Shown: positions 46,643 to 61,200 of the stretch, piece by piece
Position numbering within the stretch: the first letter of the stretch is position 1
Layout of the letters: the number at the start of each line of letters is the position of its first letter
Source of the DNA: Azolla caroliniana
Taxonomy: Eukaryota > Plantae > Polypodiophyta
NCBI GenBank assembly: GCA_043228905.1
Contig: JBHGNT010000022.1
Location: forward strand, 5,952,001-6,016,000
Direction: 5' to 3'
DNA: 64,000 bases
The notes under the pieces: generated by a model
Database searches by the model: none
What the model saw: only the letters and a program-made list of their open reading frames with translations
Told to the model about the DNA's origin: nothing
Position numbers and translations under genes: made by a program

Positions 46643-49600
46643 TGTTGAGAATCAAGCTCAACATAGCACAATGTGTGAACACACCTTTTCAAAATCTATG
46701 ATTACTCAAAGGTCAAGAGTCACACCACTACTCTCTACACATTAACTATGTGTCATAGAATCATATTCTATGACACATAAATAATGAGTTACATATTCCC
46801 CATGACTACGAGTCTTCACATTCCCCAAGAGAGAGAGTGATTGTTGTAAGTTAATGAAGAGAGAGGGTGACTCTATATAAAGCACCCTCCTCATACTTCA
46901 TACTAAGTTGGTTGTGACTCCTTGTAATGCTACATTTTCATTTATCATATTCTCCTTGTTAATATACATCTCCTTCTTCTTGATTACTTCATTTTTTTCT
47001 CTTATCCATCTTGTGTTTCTCTCCTCTTTCCTCTCACACATCTCTTCCGCTACACAAGAATCACCATTGATTCTTTACATGGTATCAGAGCGATTTGGTA
47101 GCTCGATCTAGCCCATTCGCCTAATTGTGATCGTATGTTGTGCTCTATGCCAACGTTCAAGAAGAACCAGCTCATCGCTATCGTAGTGCGATTACATAGC
47201 TCGTGTTCGAGAGAGAAGGAAAAGGAAAGAAGGAAGAAATCTACATCGACAATGAATACTCAAATGGGGAGTGCTCTCCCTAGCGAGAAGTTGGATCGCA
47301 ACAACTTTGCATCTTGGGAGTACACGATGCACCAATACCTTGTCTGCCAAGGCTATTGGAGCTACATCAAAGGAGCAAAAGAAAATCGGCCCTACCCAGA
47401 AGACGCCGACTACTCAACATGGGAGCAAGCGGCGAGTCAAGTAATGTATTGCTTGGCGACATCTGTTAAGGATCACATGCTCGGCTACATTCGAGAAGCC
47501 ACAACACCAAAGGAAGCATGGGAGAATCTACGAAAGATTTTCGCCGCCAAGAGTTGAACAACATCCAACAAAGGGATATGTCCATTACAAGCTACACCTT
47601 GAAGATCAAGGAGCTTTGCAACTCGCTCGGCTTGATAAGCGTCAATGTGGACGATGACGAGATGGTGCAAATATGCCTCGGCGGCCTTGCACCACGATTC
47701 GGCGCGATGCGGACCGCCATACTAGCACGGGAGAATCCACCGTCCTTCTTCGATCTTCAATCTATGTTGTTGGTTGAAGAAAACCATGTTCGAACGAGGA
47801 GCAACGCCTCGGAAGGCCACATGCTCTACACACATTTGGACAGAGGAAGATGATGTGGCTATGCAAGAAGAGGCCGATTCGGCCAAGGACGAGGCGGACG
47901 AGGCTCGGGTTACGAAAACAACTCTCAATTACGACAACAAGATGGAGGCCATCGGGGAACCTTCGGAAGAAGGGGGGGGCTACCATTCCGGTCCGAGCCG
48001 ACAAACCTCAATCGAATGTGGATATTGCGGGAAAGTCGTCCACCACGAAGAAGAATGCCGTAAGAAGATACGTGAGTTGGCTTCCACTCGTCGACAACTC
48101 ACCAACTACGCCACCAACTCCGACTATGACGATTGCGGTGGAATGTTCGTGATGAGACATACAACGAATTCTATGTCGGCCTCTACTTCTACTAATGCCT
48201 CCGGTCTGGAGGACGTATAGTTCATCGATTCCAGTGCCTCAAACCATATGATGTCGCATCAAGAATGGTTCCGAGAACTTCGAGAGCTAGACCGACCCGA
48301 CTATGTCGAAACCGGAGACGATACTACACACCTGATTCGGCACATCGGCAATGTTCCGTTCGGAGAAGAAGGTAAGCAAACTTATATTAAAAATGTCTTG
48401 CATGTAACAACTATCACGAAGAATTTGGTCTCCGTCGGCCAAATTGTAGAGCAAGGAATGCAAGTACGATTTAATCAAGGCGGTTGCTTCATCGAAAAAG
48501 AGGGCTGACTCATCGCACACGGGCGAAGAGAGGGCTGAATGTTCATTCTCGACTTAGAGCAGATGAAATCAGCCATGTTCGCAAAGGGCATGAAAGCCAA
48601 TTCCGACATAGAGTTATGGCACAAGCGGATTGACCATATCAACCTCCAAAAGCTCAATACAATGCAATCGAAAGGAGTCGTCATCGGGCTCCCGACATTC
48701 ACGGAGAAAGAGATTGAAGGCGTCTGTGCCGCATGCCAATTTGGCAAGCAACATCGGCACCCATTTCCGAAGGAGCGGACCGTGAGCAAAGGCGTACTTG
48801 ACGTAATTCATTCCGATGTATGGGGTCCAGCTCAAACGGCGACATTCGGCGGATGCCGATACTACGTGACCTTCATCGATGACTTCTCTAGGCACACTTG
48901 GATCTACTCGATGCAACAAAAGAGCAAAGTGTTCAGACACTTCCAAAAATTTAAGAATGCAGTTGAGAAAGCCACGGGCCGATATGTACGATGTCTTCGA
49001 TCGGATGTAGGCCAGGAGTACTTCTCCGACAAATTTTCGGCATTTCTACGAAAAGAAGGAATACGACGAGAGTTTTCATGTCAACATATGCCACAACAGA
49101 ACGGAGTGGCCGAACGTAAGAATTGGCACATCCTCGAAGTTGCACGGGCTATGCTTAACGAAAAGCACATGTGGAAATCGTATTGGGCGGAAGCAACTAA
49201 CACGGCCGTCTATCTCATGAATCGGTGTACGACATCGGGTGTGCACGAACTTACCACTACAAAGCTCGACTCCTAGTGAAAGGATACTCACAAACACATG
49301 GCATCGACTACGAAGAGACCTTTGCCCCGGTGGCAAAGATGACGACGGTGCGGACCGTGATCACACTTGCAGCAGCAAAAGGGTGGCACCTCCACCAAAT
49401 AGACGTTAAGAATGCCTTTCTTCAAGGCGAATTAGAAGAGGAGGTGTACCGCGTGCTTGGCATTCGAAGATTACGCAATATCTTCATCAAATCGGCTTTG
49501 GAATGTCGAAATACGACAACTCCCTTTATGTACGACATGACTCTAGACGCTTAATTGTCATCATCCTATACATGGATGATCTGTTCATTGGAGGTGAAAG

Positions 49601-51138
49601 TCTAGTCGACATCAACAAGGTCAAGTCCCTCCTCTCCGGAAAATTCGATATGACGGACATGAAGGAGCTCCATTACTTCCTTGGCATCGAAGTAATTCGG
49701 ATTCTGGTCGGCATTATGATCTCTCAGCGGCACTACATTCTCAACTTGTTATACAAGTTCTAGATGACTAAGTGCAAATCGGTCGCTACACCTCTCGATC
49801 GAAACCTCAAACTAGATGCTGACTCCGGCACAAACGAGTGCGAACCGACCCAATATCGTCAGCTGATCGGTCATCTATCTCACAATCACTCCACCCGACC
49901 TTAGCTATCCAGTCAGACTCCTCAGGCAATTCATGCAAAAACCACGCGACACTCACTTGGATTGCGCTAAGCAAGTATTATGATACGTGAGCGGCACAAT
50001 GGATTACAACGTTCTCTACGCATCGGCCACACCAATACGACTCAAAGGGTACAGAAACGCGCACAAGGCTACCTACGAAACCAATTGACGATCGACCTCC
50101 GGATTTTTCTTCTCCCTCGGCAGCAGAGCGATTTTGTGGAGTAGCAAGAGGTAGCCTAACATTGCTCATTAGAGTACGGAGGTGGAATATAGGGGTGCAG
50201 TTGTAGCTGCATGTGAAGCCGTATGGCTCAAGAGGATTTTGAAGGATCTGGGCGTTCCCATCAAGGATCTGACTCCCCTTTACTGGGACAACATGAGTAG
50301 TATATATCTGGCTAGGAACCTAGTGTTCCATGCACGCACAAAGCATATTGAAGTGCACTATCACTTCATTCGAGAGCGCGTATAGGCCGGAGATGTCGAC
50401 CTTCAACACATCAACACAAATCTTCTGACGGCCGACATCTTCACCAAAGCCTTAGGAGCCGACAAGCTTTGGCAATTCATGTCAGACCTTGGATTGACGA
50501 TCCCTGACTTGCCAAGCTTGAGAGGGAATACAAGCGAGAACCGGATACCGTCTGAACCGGGTACGAGCCGAAGCGGACACCGGAGATCGTCTGAACCGGG
50601 TACGAGCCGAAGCGGACACCGGAGATCGTCCGAACCGGATACCAACCAAAGCGGACATCAATCGGAGTTGAGCTTGAGGGGGCGTGTTGAGAACCAAGCT
50701 CAACATAGCACAACGTGTGAACACACCTTCTCAGAATCTATGATTACTCAAAGATCAAGAGTCACACCACTACTCTCTACACATTAACTATGTGTCATAG
50801 AATCATATTCTATGACACATAACTAATGAGTTACATATTCCCCATGACTATGAGTCTTCACATTCCCCAAGAGAGAGAGAGTGGTTGTTGTAAGTTAATG
50901 AAGAGAGAGGGTGACTCTATATAAAGCACCCTCCTCATACTTCATACTAAGTTGGTTGTGACTCCTTGTAATGCTACATTTTCATTTATCATATTCTCCT
51001 TGTTAATATACATCTCCTTCTTCTTGAGTACTTCATTTTTGTCTCTTATCCATCTTGTGTTTCTCTCCTCTTTCCTCTCACACATATACATAACACACAT
51101 CTCTTCCGCTACACAAGAATCACCATTGATTCTTTACA
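46643..51138 (+). mobile_element. Degenerate group-B copia element G inserted in the RNase H of F
   Basis: LTRs 46643-47079 and 50685-51138, perfect TSD ggaat, PBS at 47080, broken gag-pol with an IN/RT deletion near 49255. Confidence 0.95.
50541..50660 (+). repeat. Three copies of a 39-bp tandem repeat in the G 3' spacer
   Basis: ccggagatcgtctgaaccgggtacgagccgaagcggaca. Confidence 0.9.
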
Positions 51139-53110
51139 GGAATGATATACAACATCAACAAATTCAGGCATTATTTACTAGGACGAAACTTTACATTTCA
51201 TGTTGATCACGCGGCGTTATTATACTTGGTCGAAAAACATGCACTGACAGGGAAGTTGGCCAGATGGATGTTGCTACTCCAGGAGTTCGACATTGTAATC
51301 TAGCATCGGCCAGGTGCGCAACAAGCAGTAGCGGATTTTTAAAGTTGAATGGATAACGGGGAAAATGCGCGGAAGGGTGACGATGACTTTCCTGTCGCTG
51401 ACATTCTACGGGTCGTGACGATAGCGTCGCGGGAAGAGCAAAATTTTCTGAATCGCTGGCTAATGGAAATGACGTACTTTTTGACCACGGGAATTCCACC
51501 GCCGCAACTAAGGATGGACGAAAAGAAGTGATTGCTTGTCCATAGTTGTAAGTTTTGCTTGGTTGAAGGAGTCCTTTATCACAAGCGCAACGATGGAATC
51601 TGGCGACGTGGGATACGCCAGGATGAGAAGGAAGCCGTCTTGCGCGGAGCCCATTTCAATACGGCAGGGGGGCACTATGCGAGAGATGTTACGAGCACAA
51701 AAATGTGGGAAGCAGGTCTATGGTGGCCCACCACGCAAAAAGACGTGCACCTCTACTACAGGCAATGTGATCTATGTCAACAATTGGGTCAGCCCATGGA
51801 GGGTGCGAGGATGCCACACCAACCCGTTCTTTCGTTGGACCCATTCCAGAAGTGGGGTCTCGATTTTGTCGATCCTTTTATGCCGGCAGTAGCACGAATA
51901 GGCAATAGATATATATTCTGGTAGCCACGAACTACTATACTAAGTGGGTGGAGGCAAGGGCGCTACGGGATAACACGGTGGCATCCGCGGTGAAATTTCT
52001 TTATGAATACATCTGGTGTCGTTTCAGCTGCCCCATCGAGCTCATGAGTGATCAAGGGAGCGACTTCCTGAATTCAGTCGTCCACAAGCTCACACACCAT
52101 TACACCGTCGTTCATAAGAAAAGCATGCCATACTATCCACAGGCAAATGGACTAGCAGAGTCTATGAACAAAATCTTGCAGACGATGCTGAAGAAGATCG
52201 TGAATGAGAATAGAACGGACTAGGATACTAAATTGCACAGCGCCTTGTGGGCGTATTAGACTAGTTACAAGACTAGCATATAATCTACGCTGTTCCAGTT
52301 GGCATTTGGGTTAGAAGCCGTAATGCCCATTGAATTTCAGGTGCCCAGTCTGCGGATTCAAGTACGGGAACGACTAGCAGAAGGCCAGTCCGAGCAGCTA
52401 CGGTTACAACAACTCCTTGAATTAGGCGAGGCTCGGGTACGTAGTATGGCCATAATTGAGCAGGAACAGAAACGGTGTAAAGCATTTGTCGATCAACATC
52501 GGGTCACGTGGGAGAAGGAATTCGCAGCCAGGAAGGCCGTGTTGGTCTTTCAGACACACATGGGTCAAATGCCAGGAAAGTTGCGGTTTTGTTGGACGAG
52601 ACCATATTGGATAGTTGGACCAGAAAAAGGCACTTTCCAATTAGGGACCCTCGCTGGAGAGATACTACGCCAAAAAGTAAATGGATTCAGGTTAAAACCT
52701 TATCTGGGACCTATGCCACCAAACCCGTTTCACACCGTAGATGACGCGGTTGAAGGGTCCACCAATTAATTAATATTTGGGACCCACTTGTAATATAGTG
52801 TAACAATACAGTTTAAAAAAAAGAACAAAAAGGAAGACAATCATGACTATTAAAAAGGGCTTTTATGCATGCACAAACTTCAAGATCAAGAACACAGGGC
52901 ACCACGATGTCACACAAGTCAATAAACCCTAAGGAACAAAAAGAAGGTTACAGATGGTTTTCTGCACATCACAGAAGACAGACTTCCGCCTTCAACCCTC
53001 CTTGCTCTCTTCGCTCCTCTTGCTCTTCTCGCCCCCCACCATACCACAAAGGGCCCAATCACTACATCTTGCGAAGCTAACCCAGTCAACCCTTCCCCCC
53101 TCTCCCCACG

Positions 53111-55081
53111 ATGTCGATCACCATCTCTACAACCTTATCCAGGTGGCTCATGGAAAAAGGATTTGAGGGATATATGAGGGTCGTGGAAGCACCATCGCAC
53201 CCTGACACATTGGAGATAGCCAAGAAACTCAACATGGACATGCTGATGAACTCCACCATCCGGAAGAAATTAGGGTTGTCCGCTAATGGGGTAAAACACT
53301 TCAATATTTCCCCTGCAGAAACTCACGAGAAATATTTTGGGGAGTATTCGGTATCGGCAAAGGCGTACATGACGAAGGAAATTTCAAACCCCTTCTTTCA
53401 GGAAGTCGCCAAGTTCCTATTGGAGGTCGGGTGCGTACAAGTTAACGCGTAAGGGATGCCTAAACAGAAAACAGACGTCATAATCGATACCTTTGAAGGA
53501 TGCGCTGTCGATTGGGGTGGAATGACGGGGCCGACATTACAGGAAGGACAATACGCGTATCAGGCCAGTAAGAAACTACGACCAATCATTCAACAATATC
53601 TTATTGTGCTATTCCCCCCTCACAGACTTCCCGCCCTCCCCAACCAACAAACCGACACCTCCGCCACGATCCATGAAATGGCGGCTAGAGGAGTTAGCCA
53701 CCACCGAATGGGAAGAAGAGGCATAATCACCCCACACCACCGAGCCAACGACGCAGCTGGAGCCACTGGCCAGGTGCGCCAAGACACAACTCTCCATGGC
53801 AACAGAAGAATAGGAGCTTGCCCAAGGCAGTCCCAGCCCCAAACGGCAAAGATTGGATCGAAAAGACGAGCGGGGATTGGTAAAAGATACGACAGCCCCA
53901 ACTGAGAACATCGCCACTACGGAGCATACAACTACATTGGAATTAATTCGCGAGCCACAACCGATCATTACGGCTCAGTCACAACGAGGCAAGGACATGC
54001 TCACAACTGAGAGCGAAGTCTTAAGGTATCTAGACATTCCAGATACGACCCATGAGTTCGGCGCACTATTACAATTTGGAACTACCTACGAACTCATGGA
54101 GTTTTGGCAACACAACAAAGACAAGTCTCTCAACGGATGGCCGAAGAGCACGCAGAACAACAGATGATCGAGTGGGCACTAACAAGAATGACAAAAAAGT
54201 GAGGATGAGGGGCCGTTTGCCAAGGTAGGCAGACAATGAAATGTCGAAATACGCCGAATGGGCATTGAGCTACCTCCCTTGAATACAGACCTCGTCAAAG
54301 TACACCGCGAGTTGGCCATCAGCATATGCACCAAGGATATGGCTACCAAGAATAATAATGCTTGGAAAACAATAAAGCTGACACAGGATCAGCTCCAGGA
54401 GGCCAAGGAACGCATTACGCAGCTCGAAAACAATGCGATGACGGCAGCAACCATCCCTGCACAAGATCTTGATGATAACACGTCAAACACCTTACGAGAA
54501 GACCTCGAAGCACAAGAAGCCATAGTGGCCAAAGCAAAGAAAGCTACTCAAATGGCCGAAACAGAGATTGATTGGCTCCGAGCGGAACTTCACCAATCTT
54601 TGGATAGGGAAATTTGATGCTAGGGCTAAAGGCCGTAAGGCGGTCAAGGCATAAGAAGGTAAGCTCTAGGCGGAGGTTGCAGCACATAGAAAAATGAAGG
54701 AGGAATATGAAAAGCTGTGTGAAGAGGCAAACAAGAAGGACGCTGAAATCGCGGGATTACGAAAGCTCGCGGAGACAAAGAAGGCTTGGTATGACGAGCA
54801 ACTGGTACATGAGCGCGCACAGATGCATGAAGTTCAGGTATGACTAAACAATGAGATGGGACAGCTCAAGGTACTACATTTAAAGGAGTCCCAATTATGG
54901 GCCAAAATGAAGAGTCTTTACGAAGAAGCCGTGGTGGCAAATAAGCGTCAATTAGAGAATCTAACGAAAGCTTTAGATGATTCCCAAGTATGCGCTACCT
55001 TGATGACAGACCGGATTCGCACCATCCTACAAGCCAATCATGAGAAATTTCGCACCATACTAAAGGCCGCTATGGACAAAG
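53111..55081 (+). pseudogene. Decayed additional ORF of F downstream of integrase (globular N-terminus, acidic linker, coiled-coil C-terminus)
   Basis: Consecutive same-strand fragments 53111-53452, 53456-, 53853-54167, 54258-54617 and 54856-55081; the later ones are E/K/Q/L-rich with heptad character. Confidence 0.6.
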
Positions 55082-58000
55082 TGACAAGCACTACACGCTC
55101 CAATGAGCACCGCTCGGCCACAACCGAGCTTAGAATCAAACACAGAAAACGGGGAATGAAAAAACACGACACAAAGGAGAGAAAAGTACACATGATGTTT
55201 AACGTGGAAAACCCTGAGAGGGAAAAAACCATGGGAGTCAATAGACTCCAAACTATCACTATATCACAATGATTACAATAGTGAGCTCACGGAGGCAACG
55301 ACCTCGCGCTCTCGATCTTCGCCATAGGCGGCGGTTACAACAGAGGCAACGACCTCTTCCTCTCTCTCTCTCTCTGTACACTGTTACGCGCTCTCTGATC
55401 TAGCGCCAACCAGAATGACGACAACTCAGTTTGCCCTAAGTCGTATTTATACTAATATGACTTTTGGGCTATTTACAAATATAGTTCCGATGGACTCTCA
55501 GAAACATATTTACGAATATGTCCCTTCATCCGGTGAGCACTCCTCACCGGGCCTGCATCATCCGGCGCTTGTCGGGCACACGTCATCCAGTTCTCACCGG
55601 GTCTTCCGTAGCCGGGTCTTCCACATCCGGTTTCCATTAGTACTGGTCTTCTCACTTCCCATCCGGAGGGACCTATTTCCTAACAAACTCCCCCTTCACT
55701 CCGGCATGGGATGTCTTACTAGTCTGATCTACTTCCGGCATGCATCCAGCTTGTCGGGTATCAGTACTTTGGTCGGCATATCTGACCCGTTCTCAGCCGT
55801 GTGGATCTTCGTCAGCGCGAACTCCTGGTCATCTACTCTTTCCCGGATCCAGTGATACCTTCGCTGGATATGCTTCGTCCGGGAATGGTAGGTTGCATTC
55901 TTAGCAAGGTGGATGGCACTTTGACTGTCGACATAGAGCCGGTATTAATCTTCCCGGATACCGAGCTCTCCGATGAAGTCCTTCATCCATAATATTTCCT
56001 TGCCGGCTTCCACAACCGCCATGTACTCTGCCTCCGTGGTTGACAACGCAACCGTCTTCTGCAACCTCGACTGCCAGGAAACAGCTCCCCCTACATATGT
56101 CATTACATACCCGGATGTAGACCGGCTGGTATCCACATCAGCCCACAGGTCCAAATCGGTAAAACCATCAAGTTGAGGTTTACCAGAGCCGAATCGGAGA
56201 CACATATTTGAAGTGCCCTTCAAGTACCGGAGTATCCATTTGACCGCGTTCTAGTGCTCCTTGCCGGGATTGCTCATAAACCGGCTCACCACTCCGACTG
56301 CATATCCTATATCCGGTCGGGTACACACGATTGCGTACATTAAGCTCCCGACGGCAGAGGCATATGGAACCTTCATCATATCAGCCTTCTCTGCTTTCGT
56401 CTTCGGGCTTTGCTGACCGGATAATTTGCAGTTTGTCGGGAGTGTCGATCCGACCGGTGTCGCTTCTAACATGTTGAACCGCTGAAGCACCTTTGTCACA
56501 TACTTCTCCTGTGACAGCCACAATTGCTTCGTTGGCCGGTTCCGGATGATATGCATCCCCAACATCTATCTTGCCGGATCCAAGTCTTTCATAGCAAAAG
56601 TTCGGTTGAGAGCCTTCTTCAGCATCCGTATTCTGGCTTGGTCTCGTCCGACGATCAACATGTCATCCACGTACAAAAGGAGTATCAGGAAGTCACCTCC
56701 TTCGAATTTCTTCACAAACACGCAGTGATCGGCCTGCGTCTTGTGGTACCCTTGATCGGTCATGAAGGTGTCAAACTTCTGGTACCATTGTCAGGGAGCC
56801 TGCTTCAGTCCGTATAGGCTCTTCTTCAACCGGCAAACCAGGCACTCCTTCCCTTTCTCCACGAATCCTTCCGGTTGCTGCATGTAGATCTCCTCTTCGA
56901 GGTCACCGTGAAGGAATGTCGTCTTCACGTCCAGCTGCTCTACCTCGAGGACCATGCTTGCCGCTATACTCAACACCGTCCGGATGGAGGTCATCTTTAC
57001 TACCGGGGCAAATATCTCCTCGAAGTCCACGCTCTTCTTTTGCTGGAACCCCTTCACCACGATCCTGGCTTTGTGTCTTGGGGGGTTTCCGGCATCTCCC
57101 GGTTTCAGCTTGTACACCCACTTGTTTCGGAGTGCCCTCTTTCCTTTTGGCAACTCCACCAATTCATACGTATGGTTCTCATGCAGGGAATCCATCTCAT
57201 CCTGCATGGCACTTAACCATTTGTGGCTATGGGCGTCACTTTTAGCTTCCTCGAAGCTTTCTGGTTCCCCCTCATCAGTCAGCAGCACATGCTCTGCATC
57301 CGGAAATCTCCGGGGGGCCCTTCTCTCTCTAAGAGGATATCTCCGTCTTTGGGCTTTGGTAACCGGCTCCTCCATTTGCTCTTCATCCGAATCCGATTCG
57401 GGGTCTTGGCCGGTTCTAGTTTTAGCTTCCTCTACTTCTTCTTCTGCCGGTTCGGTATCCTCACCGTAACCGGCTGGTTCCTCGAGTGCTAACCGGTCTC
57501 TTGTCGGTTGGGTCTGCTCATCGTAGAATCGATCCTCACCGGTCGACTCAGAGTTCATTATCTTCTTCTCCGACTCCCAGTCGGCGAGCGTCTTGTCCTC
57601 CATGAAGATAATATCTCGACTCCGGAATACCTTCTTGTCGACCAGGTCCCACACTCGGTAGCCAAACTCATCGTCGTCGTAACCAAGGAATATGGATGGC
57701 CGGGTCTTTGGATCCAACTTTCCTCTCTGGGCCTTAGCTACATGCACGTACGTGAGACACCCGAATACCTTTAGATGCCGGTAGGACACTTCCTTACCGG
57801 TCCAGACTCTCTGTGGCGTGTCTCTGTCCAAGGGTACTGAGGGTGATCTATTTATCACATATGTCTCCGTCGACAGTGCCTCAGCCCAAAACATCTTGGG
57901 TAGTTTTACATGCGCCAGCATACTCCGGACCCTCTCCATTACGGTCCGGTTCATCCTCTCGGCCAGCCCGTTTTGTTCCGGCGTCTTCGGCACGGTAACT

Positions 58001-58253
58001 TCGAGCCAGATTCCCTTTGAGCAATAGTACTCCTCGAACTACCCCCGGTATTCACCTCCGTTATCTGCTCGAACCGCCTTCAGCTTCCGGCTGATTTCTC
58101 TTTCGACTCTCGCGTGGAGCTCTTTGAAGACGGATAGCACCTGATCCTTCGTCTTCAACGGTGTGGCCCACAGCTTCCGGCTGTGGTCATCTATGAACGT
58201 CACGAAGTATTGTGATCTTGCATGTGACTTCGTGTACACTTGACACACATAAG

Positions 58254-61200
58254 TGTAAGGAATAGACGCTTCTATTCACCTTCACCACTCGGCCACAACC
58301 GAGTAAGCGCGAATCAATGGAGCAGAAAATAGGAACCACAAAGAGAAACAAAACGCGAGCACACAGGGATTAACGTGGAAAACCCTAGACGGGAAAAACC
58401 ACGGGAGTATAAGACTCCAAGCCAACACTATACAGAGAAGTATACAATGGCGAGCTGCAAGGCGACGACCTTGAGCTCGTTGTCCTCGCCACAGGCGGCG
58501 GAAATACACAGAGGCGTCTACCTCTTCTTCTCTCGCGCTCTATCTCTCTCTCTCTCTCTCATGGCTGCTCACTCTTCACTCCTCTTGAGTGGAAAAACAG
58601 AAAAAATGAGTAGCGACGGTAAAACTGTTTGCCCTAAGTCATATTTATACTTATATGACTTTGGGCTATTTACAACTATAGCCTCAGGGGCCCATAGCGA
58701 ACATATTCACGGATATGTCCCTGCATCCGGATCGCTCTCCGGGTACATTCGTCATCCAGCACCGAAGCCGGGGTCTTCGTCATCCGGATCCAAAACCGAA
58801 ACCGGGCTCGTCGGCATTCATCTCCGACATCCGACCATCCCATCCGAAGGGACCGTAATCCCAACAAACTCCCCCTTCACTTCGGCATGGGAAGTCTCTC
58901 CAATCCGATCCTCTTCCGGCATGCTTCCAGCTTGTCGGGTGTGAGGACCTTGGTCAGCATATCCGACCCGTTCTCGTCCGTGTGGATCTTTGTCAGCACG
59001 AACTCCTTGTCTTCTATCCTTTCCCGGATCCAGTGATATCTTCGCTGGATGTGCTTCGTCCGGGAGTGATAGGCCGCGTTCTTCGCAAGGTGGATTGCAC
59101 TCTGACTGTCGCAGTAGAGTCGGTACTCCTCCTGCCGGATACCGAGCTCTCTAATGAAGTCCTTCATCCATATTATTTCCTTGCCGGCTTCAACAGCTGC
59201 CATGTACTCCGCCTCCGTGGTTGACAACGCAACCGTCTTCTGCAGCCTCGACTGCCACGAAACGGCTCCCCCTGCATACGTCATCACATACCCTGATGTG
59301 GACCGGCTGGTATCTGCATCAGCCGACATATCCGAATCGGTGAAACCGTCGAGTTCGGGCTTACCGGAGCCGAATCGGAGGCACACGTTTGCCGTGCCTT
59401 TCAGGTATCGGAGTATCCACTTGGCCGCGTTCCAATGCTCTTTGCCGGGATTGCTCATGTACCGGCTCACCACTCCGACTGCATATCCTATGTCCGGTCT
59501 CGTACACACCATGGCGTACATCAAGCTCCCGACGGCTAAGGCATACGGCACTTTCATCATATCCTCCTTTTCAGCCTTTGTCTTGGGACTTTGCTTGCTG
59601 GACAGCTTGCAGTTTGCCGGGAGGGTCGATCCGACCGGTCTTGCTTCCGACATGTTGAACCGGTGAAGCACCTTCGTCACGTACTTTTCCTGTGACAGCC
59701 ACAACTGCTTCTTCTTCCGGTCCCGGATGATGTGCATCCCTAGTATTTGCCTCGCCGGACCCAGGTCCTTCATTGCGAAGGTTCGGTGAAGAGCCTTCTT
59801 CAGCATCCGTCCGGATGGAGGTCATCTTCACTACCGGGGCAAATATTTCGTCGAAGTCGACGCCCTTCTTCTGCTGAAACCCCTTCACCACAATCCTGGC
59901 TTTGTATCTCGGGGGGTTTCCGGCATCTCCCGGTTTCAGCTTGAACACCCACTTGTTTCGAAGTGCCCGCTTTCCTTTCGGCAACTCCACAAGTTCATAT
60001 GTGTGGTTCTCATGCAGGGAATCCATCTCGTCCTGCATGGCACTGAACCACCTGCGGCTCTGGGTGTCGTGCTTTGCTTCTTCAACGCTCTCCGGCTCCC
60101 CCTCGTCGGTTAGCAGCACGTGCTCTGGTTCCGGAAATCTCCGGGGGGCCCTTCTCTCTCTTAGAGGATATCTCCGTTCCGGAGCTTCGGTAACCGGTTC
60201 TTCCGATTCTTCTTCTTCATCCAAATCCATTTCGGGATCGGGGCCGGTTCCGGTATCATTTTCATCTTCTTCGGCCGGTTCTGTATCTTCACCGTCTTCG
60301 GCCGGGTCCTCGAGTGCTAACCGGTCCCTTGCCGGTCGGGACTGCTCCTCGTAGAGTTGATCCTCACCGGTCGACTTGGAGCTCTTCATCTTCTTCTCCG
60401 ACTCCCAGTCGGCGAGTGTCTTGTTCTCCATGAAGATGATATCACGACTCCGGAATATCTTCTTGTCGACGGGGTCCCATACTCGGTAGCCAAACTCGTC
60501 GTCGCCGTAACCGAGGAATATGCATGGCCGGGTCTTTGGATCTAGCTTTCCTCCCCGGTCCTTTGCCACATGCACGTATGCGAGACACCCGAACACCTTC
60601 AGATGCCGGTAGGACACTTCCTTACCGGTCCACACTTTCTGCGGCGTGTCTCCGTCCAAAGGTACTGAGGGTGATCTGTTTATCACGTATGTCGTCGTCG
60701 ACATTGCCTCAGCCCAGAACCCCTTGGGTAATTTCGCATGCGCGAGCATACTCCGGACCCTCTCCATTATGGTCCGGTTCATCCTCTCGGCCAGCCCGTT
60801 CAGTTCCGGCGACTTCGGCACAGTAAACTCGAGTCGGATTCCCTTCGAGCGACAGTACTCCTGGAACTGCCCCCGGTATTCCCCTCCGTTATCCGCTCGT
60901 ATCGCTTTCAGCTTCTTGCCGGATTCCCTTTCCACTCTCGCGTGGAGTTCTTTGAAGACGCACAACACTTGGTCCTTTGTCTTCAACGGTGCCGTCCACA
61001 GCTTCCGGCTGTGATCATCAATGAATGTTACGAAGTACTGGGCTCCGCCATGCGACTTCGTTTCTACCTGACACACATCAGTGTGCACCAACTCCAATGG
61101 TGCGCTACGTCTCGTCGGTGGCCTTGAGTGGAAGGAGGTTCGGTTCTGCTTACCAGCCAGGCAATCGGTGCACTTCTCCAGGTGCACATGCTTCACTGGA

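Larger units (their letters stand above)
41918..55081 (+). mobile_element. Degenerate non-chromoviral Ty3/gypsy element F with an extra downstream ORF; 3' LTR not in the window
   Basis: Likely LTR end ...gacaaca at 42047, then PBS-like tggcacgc(tt)ggtg at 42052 (tRNA-Arg type, recalled). Gag 43208-44410; protease IVDGG ~44830; RT 45600-46290 (VCVDY, FLDDF); RNase H split by G; integrase 51350-52769. Confidence 0.88.

Noticed and set aside
58375-58944. Duplicated ORFs at 58375/62755, 27630/34194 and 5725/10442
   Set aside because: They are translations of LTR pairs and include microsatellite-derived SLSLSL runs; not genes.
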